DNA of 64,000 nt. It comes from Vitrella brassicaformis CCMP3155. Lineage: Eukaryota > Protista > Chromerida. The stretch is from NCBI GenBank assembly GCA_001179505.1, contig CDMY01000248.1, positions 1 to 64,000 of the forward strand. The letters are read 5' to 3'. Made by a program: the position numbers and the translations under genes. Under the pieces are notes generated by a model that saw nothing but the letters and a program-made list of their open reading frames with translations, was not told the origin of the DNA and did not search any database. Positions 47,101-60,756 of this stretch are shown here, piece after piece; positions within the stretch are counted from its first letter, which is position 1; every line of letters begins with the position of its first letter.

Positions 47101-50100
47101 ACTCACTGCGATTCAGGTCAACCACCTTGGTACCCGACACACGCCGCCCACCACCACCACCACCACCGCCAGTCGAAGGACGTGATACAGGCGACGATCC
47201 TCTCCCGACGGCGCGAGAGCGGTCGCCCACTTTTCTGCCAAAGAGCATGCGCACCTCCCCTCCGCCACCCTTGCTGGTGATGCTGTCAGACTGGGGGAAG
47301 CGGGAGGCCATGCCCAGACGGTCATGGTCGGGGCTCTCCGGGCGTGTGTCGGGGGGTCCGTCGGGGGCGGCTGTGGGGCCGTCTGTTTGGCATGCTGTGT
47401 GTGTGGAGGTGGCTGTGGCTGGTTGTGTCTGGCAGGATGAGTCGAGTCTGTGGAGGGCAGGTTGTCGGCCGAAGCGGATGGTGTCGTCTTGGAGCTGCTT
47501 GATGAGGTCGCTCTTCTGCTGCAGCTGACTGCCCAGGTCAATCAGCTGTTGCTGCACACACACACAGAGGGAGACACAGGGAGGGAGGGCTCATCTCATA
47601 AGGGGCTTCAGGGATGATGTGGTCTTGTTTTTGTCTCCGCGCAGCGCACCATCATGCTTTGTCTCTCGTTGAAGACGCGGCCGACGTCATCCTCAAGCCG
47701 CTCCAGCTGCACATAGGCAACACACAAGGATACCAATGTGAGCCCCTGTGTATGCCTGCGTCCCGTCTGTCTGTTTGGTTCAACGGCTGACCTCTTTCCG
47801 CCAGTGGTGCCCAGGCTCGTGCCCATCCCTCCCCTCTCCACTCTCGTCCCCTCTTCTGCCCACAGCTGATGTATCGGCCATATCTCTCGGCCCCTTGAGT
47901 GAGTCGAGCAGCAGCTGTCGGTGTCGTATGAGCCTGGCGTGGCTCTGCAGGAGGAAGCTGCGGTGGTCGTCGGCCTCGCGCAGCTGCTGCTCCAGCTGCT
48001 GAACACGGAGCTGCAGGCTCCCGACCACCTCTGATGCCTCTGAGGGCGACACACTCACGGGCTGGGCCCTCTGCAACGCCGCGCGGAGACGGTCGACCTC
48101 CACCTGACACAAGAGGCAAGACGGGGAGTCACATTGCTCCATGTGTGTGTGTGTGTGTCTGTCTGTCTGACCTTGAGGTCTTCCCGTTCGAGCGTCACCG
48201 ACTCGAGTCGCTTGACGAGGCCCTCAGAGCGGATGCCGGCGTCGCCCAGCAGTGGTGGCGCATGCTCGTCGGTGGCCTGCTCCATCATGGTGTTGACGAG
48301 GGCGTGAAGGGACACCTGCAGGCTGCGATACTCACGCTCCATGTGGTCACGGGAGGCAATGTCCACCACTCGCGGCATGCCGCTGCTGGTGGTGTCAGGT
48401 GATGAGCGCTGCTCCTGCAGGACACGGATTGTCGCCTCGGCCGCGTGAAGCCTCCGAGTGAGGTCGTCGATGGCCTGGTGGTGCTGCTCGGCGGCTTGCG
48501 GGGCGATGGCCTGCTGCAGGGGGCCCTCCATCTTCTCTCTCAGGTCCGTGAGAGCCTTCTCGTAGGCCCGCTTGGCCTCCTCGCGCTGCTCCAGCTGGTG
48601 CTCGAGCGACAAGATGGCCTCATCTTTTTGTCGCAGGAGGTCGTTCCTCTCGTTGGCCTGCACCTCGAGCGCCTCCAATGCATTGTTGGCCTGCTGCAGC
48701 TGCACCTCCATCAGCCGCTTGGTCACGCTGTGGCTGTCATTCTCCACCCTCAGACGGTCATTCTCGGCTGTTAGGCGGTGAAGAGCATCTGTTGTGTCCT
48801 GGTCTCCGGATGGACCACTGGCGACAGGGAGGTCCTGCTCGCGGCGGATGGCCAGCTTGTTCTTCTCCTCCTCGAGAGACTCGAGCCTGCCCTGCAGCTG
48901 GCGGAGGAGTTCCTCATACTGCTCCTTCACGCGCGTCTGGTCGCCTGTGAGTGCCAGCTGGGATGGCGCGGGGGTCTGCAGCCGGCTGTTCTCGGCCCGC
49001 AGACGGTCGGCCTCCTTCTTCTCGTCCCTGGCCCGTCTGAAGAGGTCCTCGTTGGCCTTTTCGAGGCTCCTGATGTGGTCCCGCATCTTGTCGATCTTGG
49101 CGCGGAGGGCCGGGCTGTCATCTGATGCTGATGCTGGTGCGGCAGGCTGGTCGCCGGCCGAGGATATGGGAGGGGCGGTGGTGGGATTGTCCTTGGCCGC
49201 GCTGGCTCGCTTGGGGTCAGTGCCCTGATGGATGAATCACAGGCAGGCAGAATGGCATGTGGGCGTGCGCGTTGAGGGTGCGGTGTGTGGTGGGTCTGTC
49301 TGTTTTTGGCACGTACGTACCCTGAGTGTGTTCCTGAGGGAGGCGACCTGCCTCCTGGCCTGGTCGAGGTCTCTCTTGGACGCATCCAGCTCCCTGGTCG
49401 AGATATATAATATATATGGGGTGGGTGGGTGTGTTGGTTGCGTGTGTCATCTCTGTTCCTGTGGTGGTGTGGTGTGTCGTCCACGCACCTCTTGAGGCCC
49501 TCGTTGTCCTTGACAGCACTGTTGAGGGCCTCCTGCTTCTTCCGCAGATCATCGTGCAGCTGGGCGACACAACCCCTCTGAGAGAGAAAGCACCACACCA
49601 AAGAAAGCGTCACGCAAGCGCTCTCATGACGATCACGCCACCAAGTCGGTCGGTCCCCATCCGTTGTCCATCACCCCCACCTGTCTGTTGATCTCATCCC
49701 TTTGCCGCTGCAGGTCCTGTTGCAGCCGCAGCTCAGACTTGGCTGCGCTCGCCAAGGCCTCGTGGCTCGCCTCGGCCATGCTTGCGTCCACCAGCTGGTC
49801 CTTGAGCTCCGACACCGTCTGCCTCAGCGCCGCTATCTCCTTGTCCTTCAGCGCCAGCTGGGACCGGGGGTCGCCTGTCGAGATGACGCTGACGCCGCCG
49901 TCGGGCAGGGCTGCCGGCTTAGAGGGGGGCTTGCTCCGCTCGGAGGGTGCTGAGGGTCGCGAAGAGGCCCCCTGTCGCCTCAGGTTGGCTATTGTCCTCT
50001 GCAACTCGGAGATGCGGTCTGACGCGATCTGAATGAAGGATGAGGACAGGGCAGAAACCACACACATAAGGCTATCTTGGCCCCCATCTCATTTGGGCAC

Positions 50101-53100
50101 CGACTGACCTGCAGCTCTTGTTCGCGTATGGCGAGTTGCTCGTTGAGGGCCTTGGCCTTGTCTTTGAAGTGGTCGCCCCTCTCCACCTCCTTGGCCAGCA
50201 TCTGGCCCATCTTGTCCACCAGCACAGTCGCGACGTTGAAGCGCCGCAGCTCCTCCATGGCCATGGGCACGTCGCACCTCTCGGGCTCGCCGGACGGCGC
50301 GGCATGGTCAGGGGACGCAGAAAAGGCTTGGTGGTCCGCGGATGGCTGAGATGCTCGCGGCATGCCACTACGGGATCGTAAAAGCTCCTGAAGAAACAAG
50401 GAGGGGGAGGGGCATCGATGCGTTTGTGTCAGGTCAGGTGTCATCTGGTTGTTCCCTCCCTCACCTTTCTCATTGCGTCGAGTTCCTGTTGGTGTCGTCT
50501 CTGCATCTCCTCGGCCTCCATATCTCGCTCTCTCAGCCGCTCCTCCTTCTCATTCAGCAGCGCCTTGAACACGCCAATCCGCTCCTCGTCGAAGGCAGCC
50601 ATCTGCCGCAGCCTCTCGCCCATCTCGCCCATGTCGTCACCATTGCTCTCGCCGGGCCGGCCAGCCGACCTCTGCATGCGGGATGCCCGCAGCTGCAGCT
50701 CGGCGATGAGGGCGTCCTTCCTCTGCATGTCGTCTCGGAGACGCTCCACTTGCCTGTGGAGGTCTTGCCTGTCACGGGTGGCGAGGGCAAGCTTCTCCCG
50801 CAGGTGCTGCACCAGGATAGCTGAGGGGTGCCTGCTCGAATGCGGGATCTGCAAAGGGCAGGCACAAAGAAGAGAAGGGGGGCATAGACACACACACACA
50901 CTGCACCCGTGAAGGGGCTTGGAATGTGTGTGTGGTCACCTCGATGCTGTCTTCCTCGTCCCAGAGAGTGCGGCGGGCCGCACCCTGCAGCACACACACA
51001 AACGGCACATCGATCATGTCCGTCTGTGTGTCCTCCCTCCTCTACCACTCTGCCTGCCTCACCTCTTGGACGAATTGTTTCTCCATCTGCGCGAGCTGTC
51101 CGTCCTTGCGCTTTAGGGCGTCCTCGCTCTGCGACACCACACGCTTCAGATGAGCGATCTCAGAATGCAGCACCTGACACTGAAGCCAACACGACAAGGA
51201 AAGAAGTGAGTGAGATGCTAGGCCACCGCGAGCCGTCCGTCCTCCTAATGAGCCCACCTACCTGTCGTTCGTGTCTGCTGGCGGCGACCCGGCTTTGTGT
51301 GAGTCGCTGTGCGAGGTTGTCGATGGACGCCTGGGCTGATGCGGGGTCCCTGGTGGCCTCCTGTATCTTCTGCACCAACTCCTTGGCGTGACTCGCCTCG
51401 AGACGCGCATCCTCCGCCCTCCCCTGAACGAACGAGCCATGGATGGAGGAGGAATGGCCGGCCATGTGCCAGCCCCTGTGTGGATTGGATGTGTGTGGGT
51501 TACCTCTACAGCGGCCCGCTCCTGCATGAGTTGTATCACTTTGTCCTCGGCAGCACTCTTCTGCTCCGTCAGGTCAGCCAGCAGACGAGAGAGGTCGTCG
51601 ACGCGCTCGGCCGGTGCGGTGCCGACCGACCGGACGCGCAGCTGGCTGTTCTCGCTCTCGATCCGCTGGATCTGGGAACGGACACATGGTAGTTGAGCAG
51701 GTTGCCATGAGTGTTGGTGTGCTAACCCGCTCTAGCAGCCGGTTTTTCTCTGCCAGGTGTCGCTCTGCAATGTCCTCCTTCTCCCGCTCGACGCTCCGGA
51801 GCTCAGTGGCGAACCTCTTGGCCTCCAGGCAAGCCTCCTGATGCACGCACATAACAAGCATATATCAGCATGTCATGTATATCTGTGCCTCATGTCATTC
51901 ATGTGTCTGAGTGTGTGTACCTTGAGTCGTGTCTGCAGTGATGTCTGGTCCCACTTGAGGCAGAGGAGCTGGTGCTGCATACGGGCGAGCTTCTCACGCA
52001 GGGAGTCCTCCGGCTCTTCATCGTCGTACTGCAATCAGGCAAAGTGTGCACCAAACTTTGCTGCATATAATAATGCCACAAGTGAGTGCTACACCGACCC
52101 ACCATACCTGCAGGTTGGCCAGAGTGTCCCTGAGTTCCTTGATCTCCTGCCGCCTGCGGGCCAGCACGCCCTCCAACGCAACACCCTGTCGGTCGGCCAG
52201 ACGCACCATGTTCTTCTCGTGCTCGAGGGCAGCCTCCAGCCGCTCGACCTCCTCTCGAGTCTTCACACCTTCATCAGGTATGGCGGATGGCAGGCCCCGC
52301 ACTTGGGCCTCGTCGATCGCCACCTTGGCTTCGAGCAGAGACCGTTTCTGGCGCTCCGCGATCAACTGAACACAAAGCGGCACAGTACAGCCGTCACATG
52401 CTGCTTACATCTGCGTGTGCCTACCCTACTTCACTTACCTCCTCTGTGAGCCTCTCTTGTGCGGATTCTAGCTGCTCGACTTGGTGCTCCAGGTTCTGCT
52501 CGTTCTGCAGCTGCTGCTTGAGCTTCTCCTCCAGGTGATGGATGCGCCGATTCGCCGCCGCACACCGGCTCTCGGCCGCCACCACCTCGGCCGATATGAT
52601 CCCATGACGGGGCACACTCATAGTGCTCGACAGACCTGAGAAGGTGTGTGTTGGTCCCCTCTGTCGGTATGCGGCCGTAGCTGCCGCCGACGGCCCCCTG
52701 CGGCCGCCCTTCTTGCGGACCACCCGCTGGATGCGGAGCGCTGCGCGGTGCTCGTCGACGGCGTGGACGAACGCCCGGACGAGGCTCGTGTAGTTGAGGG
52801 TCGGTTTGCCGATGCTGCGGCGGGTGGATGCCTGCTGCCGGCCTTGCTCGTGCCGCCTGGCCCACCTGAGGAAGCAGTGGATGTCGTGCTCGTAGTCGTC
52901 ATCCATCAAGGAGAGCAGCAACGCCTGCACACAAACAAGGTAGAAGCAGAGGGTGGGTGACGGTATGCCAGCCCCGCATTCATTCATGTGCCGGAGAGAC
53001 TGACTCGACTCACTTGGTGGCAGCTGTCCCACGAGACCTCGCCAGTGCTGTCGTCATCAAAAGTCCGGAACGCCTCCAGCAGGCTCGCCGCAGCGAGCGA

Positions 53101-56100
53101 GCTCTCACCACCACCACTGGCACCCGACACACCCACACCTGTGCGTCTGGCCATCCTGGTCAGCTGGCCATCGATCCGCAGCAGTGCGTCCATCTCGGCC
53201 TGCCTGTCGGTGGCATCCTCATCTCCCCACTCGGCACTATGGCCGGCGGCCCCTATCTCCCTCTCGCTCGCCAGTGCCAGCGTCATCCGCGTCTTGATGA
53301 GTTTGACCGCCTTGGCCGCTGAAAGGCTGGACGGGAGAGATGACGACGGCTGGGGGCCTTCATGCTGCTGTATGGCGAGGCCGATGGCGCTGCAGAGGGC
53401 TGCGATGTCGTCGGCAGTGACGTCGGTGGCGAGCTGTCTGACGACCCGCTCGACCTCCTGCGCGTCGATCATGCCCCTCTGGTTGCCCTGTAGCTGTGCC
53501 AGCAGCTGGTTGAGGTTCATGCGCCTCCTCCGGAGCGCTGCCCACATCTTGCCCAGCACCTGCTCCTCGGCAGTGAGGGGCTTCATGCCAAAGAGCCGCA
53601 GCCGACGGACGAAGGCCGACAGGAGGATGCTCTCCTCACTGCTGTCAGAGCCCGGCCGTCTCCCTCTCATGGTGCCGATGGCGGCGAACAGGGCGCGCCA
53701 TTCCACGTCTGTGAGGATGCGGTTGCCGGAGGTGGTAGAGTGGGTGCGTGCGAGCTCGATGAGGCCCTGCTTGACCGCTGCTGTCGAGATGAATCCGCCC
53801 TGGTAGCTGGGGCTGCGTGAGAGGTGGGACTCGACCATCTGGATGGACGCAGTGGGGAGCGCCTTGCGTAGGCCGTCAATCAGGCGCCGCCACAGGGCGC
53901 TCTCGTCCCTGACCGAACAAGCAATGACGGTTCCTTGTCTGTGGTTGCTGGCGTCACGGTAGTGGTTGATAGGCACCTGAATTCGGGATCGACCGCTTCC
54001 AGCCTCTGTCTGAGGAGTGCCATTTCGGTATCCATCTCGGTGCAGCTGCGATCCAACTCACCCACACGTGCCTGTAAACAACAAGAAACAGCCACCACCC
54101 TTGCGGCATCGCCATGCATCCTTGCGTGTCGTCCCTGCCCCTCTCTCCCTGCCTGACAGTCCCCCCACCTGCCACTCCATGGCCTGTCGTCTGTCCGACT
54201 CGAGTGATGCCTTGGACGTCGCCAGCCGGATGACCTTCTGCTGCAGGGCGGCTGACTTCTGGCGCTCGAATTCTAGCTCCCGCCCCTGGCTGTCGAACTC
54301 CTGACGGGGAGCACTCGACTCAACACGGGACTGCAGCGACCTGAGGGCAGGTGCACACGCAAAGGAGAATGAAATATCTCACATGGCTGCGGGCATCCAG
54401 ATCTATTGCTTTGTTGGTGGTTTGTGTGGCGTGACTCCTTACCTGATGGCGTTGGCGGCTCTCCGTTTCCAGGACGTGAGCCCCTCAATGCGGCGGTGCA
54501 GCAGAGTCTCCAACTCGACATGGCCCACCTCTATGCCCTTCACGACAGACACATTGGAGCAGCACACACGAGAATAGGTGAAAGCGCCGCCCGTCTATGT
54601 GCTTGTAACGTGTTCTCGCGCACCTCATACGCCCTTCTGAGAGTGTCGCGCTCCTCCTCGGCAGTGGTCAGCCGATGGGCCAGACGTGTGGCCTTGCCCT
54701 CGGCCAAGGCCACACGCTGCAGGGCTTCCAGTGCCGCCTGCCGGGAAGAGTCGATGGGCGTGGTCGACTTGAGAATCTCGATCTGGAGAAGGCAAACACT
54801 TGCGTCGAGGGACGGCTTGCTTGTCGGAAACCTTACCTGTTCTTGTGCATGTCTAAGGTCTTGGCGGGCGCATTCTGCTTGGTGTTGGGCCTCCTGCACC
54901 GAGCGCTTCAGCTGGGCTTTGTCGGCCTCCCACTCCCGCTGCTTACGGAACAACTCCTGCATCGCATCGCATCGACAAAAACCACAAGCAGGGATGATGG
55001 TGATGTGGTCCACAGACAGCAGCGGATGGATGGGATGGCTGGTCCCTCCCTCCCTTCCTTCTGACCGTGTAGAGGCGTTCGTCTTGTGCCGCCAAGGCGT
55101 TGCACTTCCAGCGGTCCTGGATGCTCTTGCACTCCTATCAGCCAACACACAGGTGCAACACAATGGTGGCCAATTGGTGGCCCGGCCGCATTCCTCCCTC
55201 CCTCCCTCCCTCTCTCCCCTTCTTACCTCCACGAGTTTTGCGTTGGCGTCACTCAGTCGCCTATTCTCGTCAAGGGCCTCAACCAGCTGTTGGCATATCA
55301 ACACACCGACGGGCGTGTCATCAGTGTACGTCTTCTGTTGGTGTCCACTTTACCTGTGTGAGCACTATGGCCGGGTTGTTTGCGAAGATGTCCACCAGCT
55401 CCTGAGGCACCTCGATCGGCTGACGCAGCAGGAACGAGAAGCCGCCGCCAGAAGGAGACAGACCGAACGGCAAGGGCCCTGAGTAAGCAAGTCGGTAACA
55501 CACTCGACGTCTGTGCGGCAGTGGGCGTCTGTCTATCCATTGGCTGACCAGCGGTGCCCCCGGCCATCATGGCCATCATCATGAGTCGCATCGCCACCGC
55601 CTCCTGGTCACCGCCTAAACCAAACTGTCAAACACCACGTAGGACGGACACACACCCCACCCCACCCCAGGCCACCCCAGCCCACCTCGTGCAGGCTCAC
55701 CTGCGATGGAAACGCCAGTGCGGTGTCTTGGGCAGCGGTGTCCCTGGGCCGCTGGCTAGCGATGCGACGGACCTGGTCTGCCAGGGATTGCAGCCGCTCG
55801 TCAACCTGGGGAAGAGAAAAGGCCGACAGACAGACAGACAGGCAGACAGACAGACAGACAGGGGGTTTTGCTGGTACGTGGGTGTGGTGGGAATGTTCAC
55901 TGACCTTAGAGAGTGTGGCGGCATCCGCACCTCCGGCATCAGCGATAGCGGGTCGCTGGCTGGTGACGCCCTCGACGAACTTCTGCAGCCTCGCATCCAA
56001 CTCGTCGCCCAGCGACGCCTTCAGACGCAACTGAACAGAAGGATTCAACCGAAGAACGGCATATATGCTCCTGATGTCTGGCTGGTCTGCTCGCACTCAC

Positions 56101-59100
56101 TCACCTCTCTGTCCTTCATATCAAGTTGGGCCCGCAGCTCCTTGATCTGAGGCGTGCACACCAAGACAATGGACAGATAAGATGGCACACTCACCTTTCG
56201 ATGGTCTGTCTGGTCTCGCTCACTCGCTCACCGTTTGTGACAGCTCAGCGGACCGGTTGTCGAGCGGCAGAGTGAGCTTCCCAGAGCGCAAATTGTTGGC
56301 GAACTCCTCAACCTGACGCACATACGACCCACACCACTGATGGTCCGTATAGCTGAGGTCTCATATGCTCGGGTGGATATCTCCTTCCTTCTTGCCTGGA
56401 GCATCTGCTCGGGTGTGAGCGAGTGGAAGATGACGGACTTGTGTGCGGTGAGGCTGGCCATAGACCGCAGCTTCAGACGCAACTCGACCCTCTCGTTCTC
56501 CAGCTCCATCACCTACACACACACACACACACACACACACAGGCACCAATTAGTGCCACCACACCACTGTCTGTTGCTTGCAGGCACGTGTGTGTATTGC
56601 CGGCCCGGCCGACCTCTTGTTCCAGGTGTTTGACTTTGGCTATGGCGGATGCCTTGGATATCTGCCCCGCCAGCTCCAGCTTGGACACGTCCATGCCCCA
56701 GTCCTGACAGACAGACAGACAGACAGACAGAGGCACAGAGGCACAGAAAGAACGTCTCCTCGCTCGGCTGGCGGTAATCCCAATGTGATTTGTGTATAGG
56801 CAGGCCTACATCAGGGACTTGTGCCAGGCTTCGCAGCGTGGCATTCTCGCTGATAAGCCGCTGAGCCTCCTGCACACACACGCAGATCCACCAATCGCCA
56901 TCGGGTGATGTGGTGGATGGGAGTGTGTTATGTGCCTGACGTACGTCCATGTAGTCGCTGAGTTTCCTCTTGCAGTCGGTGATCTCACGGTCCCGGTCGC
57001 GCACCGTCCTCTCCAACTCACGCACAGTCTTCATTGCATCCTCAAGACCTACACACACATACACACACACACAAGCCGGTGGGGATGTTTTGTGTGTGTG
57101 TGGGGTGGGCGGTGGGGGGGAGGNNNNNNNNNNNNNNNNNNNNNNNNNNNNNNNNNNNNNNNNNNNNNNNNNNNNNNNNNNNNNNNNNNNNNNNNNNNNN
57201 NNNNNNNNNNNNNNNNNNNNNNNNNNNNNNNNNNNNNNNNNNNNNNNNNNNNNNNNNNNNNNNNNNNNNNNNNNNNNNNNNNNNNNNNNNNNNNNNNNNN
57301 NNNNNNNNNNNNNNNNNNNNNNNNNNNNNNNNNNNNNNNNNNNNNNNNNNNNNNNNNNNNNNNNNNNNNNNNNNNNNNNNNNNNNNNNNNNNNNNNNNNN
57401 NNNNNNNNNNNNNNNNNNNNNNNGGGGATGTTTTGTGTGTGTGTGGGGTGGGCGGTGGGGGGGAGGGGGCAGGGGGGAGGGGGGGCTGGTCGGTTTGGTC
57501 GCTCACCGTATCCCTTTTCGAAGTCCTTGATCTGTTTGGAGAGTCGTGCTATTTCGGAGTCCTTGTCCTTCTCGGCCTCCATCTGCGACAGCAGCTGACT
57601 CGTCACACGCTGAACAGTCAGTCGATGGATGAGGCAAGAAGGCGTACGTAACACACAAGACAACACAACACACAGATCAGGAGGGGAGGCAGGCCACGTA
57701 TGTGTCTGTCTGTTGGTATGAAGGACCTTGACTTCGTCTTCCATCTTCTTTGTTTGGGCGTCCGACGGCACGCCGCCAGTGATGGCAGAGATGTCCCTCT
57801 TCGCCGCCTGACACACACACACTTTCATGAGTGCACCCATTGCTGGATCCATCCGTCCGCAGCCAGCCCACCGGCTGTCTTGCGGCGGTGTCAGCAATGG
57901 CCTCGAGCTCTTCCCTGAGCCGGTCCACCTCCGTATCCCGCTCGAACAGCAGCTCCGTAAGCTCATCGATGTCGATCTCGCCGCCGCCCTTGCCCCGCAG
58001 ACGCAGCAGGTTCTTGGCCGCACGCAAACTTGACACCTCATGCTCCAGCTGGGCAGCTGCATTGGAGTGGGAAACAGAGCATTGATTGTGCCGGTGTGTA
58101 AGTTGGTCTGTGTGGGGATGCAGATCAGATCATATGGACGTGAGTACCTCTGTGCTCGACCAAGTGTTTCTCGTCCGTGAGTTGGTTGACGAGCTGGTCG
58201 CGGTCCTCTATCAGGGCGTTCACACGCGACTCGTACTCACGCTCAAACCTGACCGAATCGACGTAAGCAGACAGACCGAGCCAAATGGGGAATGAACGAG
58301 TGAGAGTAAGTGCGGTCGGTGCTCTGTACAGTGTCCGCCATCATCCCCTCACTCACCTTTGCTGTGCCTCTACTTGGACATTTTTCTCGTCGAGCATGGC
58401 GCGGAGGGTCATGACGTCGCTGTGCAGCGACTCTACCTCCACTGTCTTCTGCTCAGCCTGACAGCAACCCATACACAGGCAGACACACGCACTCAGATTT
58501 TCCACAAGTATGTGTGGCGGGTCTGTGGCTGGCTCGCCGCCCGACCTGTTGCCTAAAGGCCTCCATGTCCTCGCCGAGCTGCTCCTGTGTGCGTTCGAGG
58601 AACTGTGTGTCCTGCCTGAGGCCTTCCACCTCCTCGTGCAGCGACCGGTTCTCCTCCTTGAGCTTCTCATTCTCCTTGAGCAACGTATTGTTGAGCGCCT
58701 TGGCTCGACGCAGCTCCACACGCAGCGCCTCGCTCGGGTCCTCCTCACCCACACCAGCCGACAGCCTCGACTCGCGCTTCCGCTGGTCCTCCTCGTACTG
58801 CATCACGTCGCGCGAGAGCAGCGTCGATGCGTTCTTCTCCTGCTCCAGCTCATGCTGCAGCCGCTTGATGACGTGCTGATTCTCACGCAACGCCTCGCGC
58901 TGCTCGAGCGTCTCGCGGCGAAGGCTGTCGAGCTCCTGAGTGGCCAGGTCGGCGCGCTGGGTAGTTGATGTCAGCTGCTCGATCTGCCGCCGCTGCTCTT
59001 CTATGATGCGATCCCTCTCTCGCAACCCGCCATCCATGTCACCAACACCAGGGGAGCCAGATGCAGCTGCTGGAGGGTAGGATGGGCCAGCGAAGGGCGG

Positions 59101-59280
59101 TTCAGACGTGGGCTGAGGCGCCGATGACGCGGCCATTGCCTGGGCGTCTCTGGGCCTGTCTGCTGGCTGATCTCTTGCAGGCTGCCTGGGGGCTAGCTCA
59201 TCCACAAGTTCCTCGATTTCCGCGACCTCATCTCTGGCGGCAGGGCGCCTGAAGGCCGGGGGAGGCGGGCCGCCGTACAT
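44126..59280 (-). CDS. CEP290: Centrosomal protein 290 (ciliary transition-zone coiled-coil protein), many exons
   Basis: Coiled-coil exons with recognisable CEP290 blocks: FEKGY|GLEDAMKTVRELERTVRDRDREITDCKRKLSDYMD|AQRLISENATLR; ELENERVELRLKLRSMA...LTPEQMLQ|VEEFANNLRSGKLTLP; LARRRQEIKELRDTLANLQ|YDDEEP...LARMQHQLLCL; C-terminal LEEYESDSFFHDFE. ATG at 59280, TAG at 44126. Confidence 0.85.
45859..46158. other. Assembly gap (300 N), inside a CEP290 intron
   Basis: N run flanked by C/G homopolymers; flanking exons (...HTPQQM|ADAYYTRL) join in phase 0. Confidence 1.
57124..57423. other. Assembly gap (300 N), inside a CEP290 intron; flanks duplicated
   Basis: 57081-57123 and 57424-57466 carry the same ~43-nt sequence. 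Confidence 1.
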
Positions 59281-59503
59281 GGCTGATGAGTTGAAACTGT
59301 ATGATCTTCACTCAGATAACGATGGTCATTTGCCGTCTTGACAGGCTCTCATTCAGCCACAGTGGCCACGTCTTTCCTCTCCACGCAGAGTCTTCGATCT
59401 CGCAGCTGAAAAACAGCCCGTTGCGCTTGGGAACTTCTGCAATGCGCCGTGCAGCGTCTGTCTTCAGCGTGCAATGAGTTTTGTGCCCTTCTTCGGAGCA
59501 AAG

Positions 59504-59533
59504 CAAGCTCGCATTCTTGCATCTAAGCTCGCA
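59504..59533 (+). promoter_or_regulatory. Tandem pair of AAGCTCGCA in the CEP290/MCTS1 divergent spacer
   Basis: caagctcgca at 59504-59513 and taagctcgca at 59524-59533, ending 24 nt before the MCTS1 ATG. Confidence 0.5.
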
Positions 59534-59556
59534 TGTCAAGAGAGAGGAAGTCGGCG

Positions 59557-60365
59557 ATGTTCAAAAGGTACGGGGAAAGATCCAATGCACGTGTGAGTGT
59601 CCTTGCAGCCGCATTGATGATCATCTTCGTGTGGCTGTCAGGTTCAGCTACAGCGACGTGTCCACGCAGAACCAAGTCAAGTCATCCGTGCAGAGGAAGA
59701 TCCGAACAGACGTGAGCTGAAAACATCGCCCCGCATATGCCGCTGTGGAGATCTTCCTTGTGTGTGTCAATGGTGGACAGTTGCTCGAGCAGTTCCCACG
59801 CCTTGACCCTGTCATCGATGACATTCTTCCGAAGAAAAGCCCTCTAGTCATCGCCAAATGGTCAGCGAGGTGCCGCAGGTTCATTCTGCAACACGTGTGT
59901 GTTAGCTGTTAGCTGTTTGTGTGTTGTGCAGCCCCAACCAGATCCAGGTCGTGTTGGTCAACAGCGTGCCGGTGTGTGTGCAGTCGCGCGACGGCCCATG
60001 GGTGCCCACACTGAGGCTGCTCCACCAGCGTGAGCGACATGAAAGCACTGCACTGCCCTGTACTGCATCCCTCCCCCTTTCATCTCCATGCCTCCGTGTG
60101 GGTGTGAAACAAATATATGGATGGGATGGCATTGATTGATCAGATCCGTCGATGATGCCGAAGATGCAGGCCGACAAGGGCGCGACCAAGTTCATCATGG
60201 GCGGCGCCAACGTCATGTGTCCGGGCCTTACGCACCCCACTGGCGGCAGGATGGAAGACGTGGACAGGGGAGCTGTCGTGGTCAGTCAATCGGGAAGCGA
60301 TGGATGGATAAATGGATAAATGGATGGATGGGGGAATGGACCATCGACATGTGCCGTGCTGGTTG

Positions 60366-60397
<32 letters not shown>

Positions 60398-60756
60398 GTT
60401 CAGCAAATTCTGCTCGAGGGGAGGGAGCATGCCTGTGCGGTCGGCATCATGACTATGAGCACCGCTGAAATGTACGCACCCAAGTACAACCTTGGTACCT
60501 GTGTGCTCTCTCCACCTTAATCGTATTGTGTTCTGTTGTGCGCTTTCTCTCCTCGGCTGTGTCGTCCATCCATCCATGCATCAGTCGGAAGGAGAACAAG
60601 GGTGTGTGTATAGAGGTGGTCCACGTGCTCAACGACGGACTGTGGAAGGTACGCAGGCGACGACCGCCACCGCGTGTCTGTCACCTCACCCCTGTCTGTC
60701 TGCACACGCCTGTACGTGCTGTCTGTCCTCTTTGGCAGACGAATCACTTCGGCTGA
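59557..60756 (+). CDS. MCTS1: MCT-1/Tma20 PUA-domain translation re-initiation factor
   Basis: MFKR|[23 protein letters not shown]|[82 protein letters not shown]|[21 protein letters not shown]|TNHFG*. Confidence 0.95.

Noticed and set aside
48927-49613. Apparent internal duplication in CEP290 suggested by overlapping ORF text
   Set aside because: The same DNA read in two frames, not a repeat.
26341-57651. ORFs containing long X runs
   Set aside because: Artefacts of translating N gaps.
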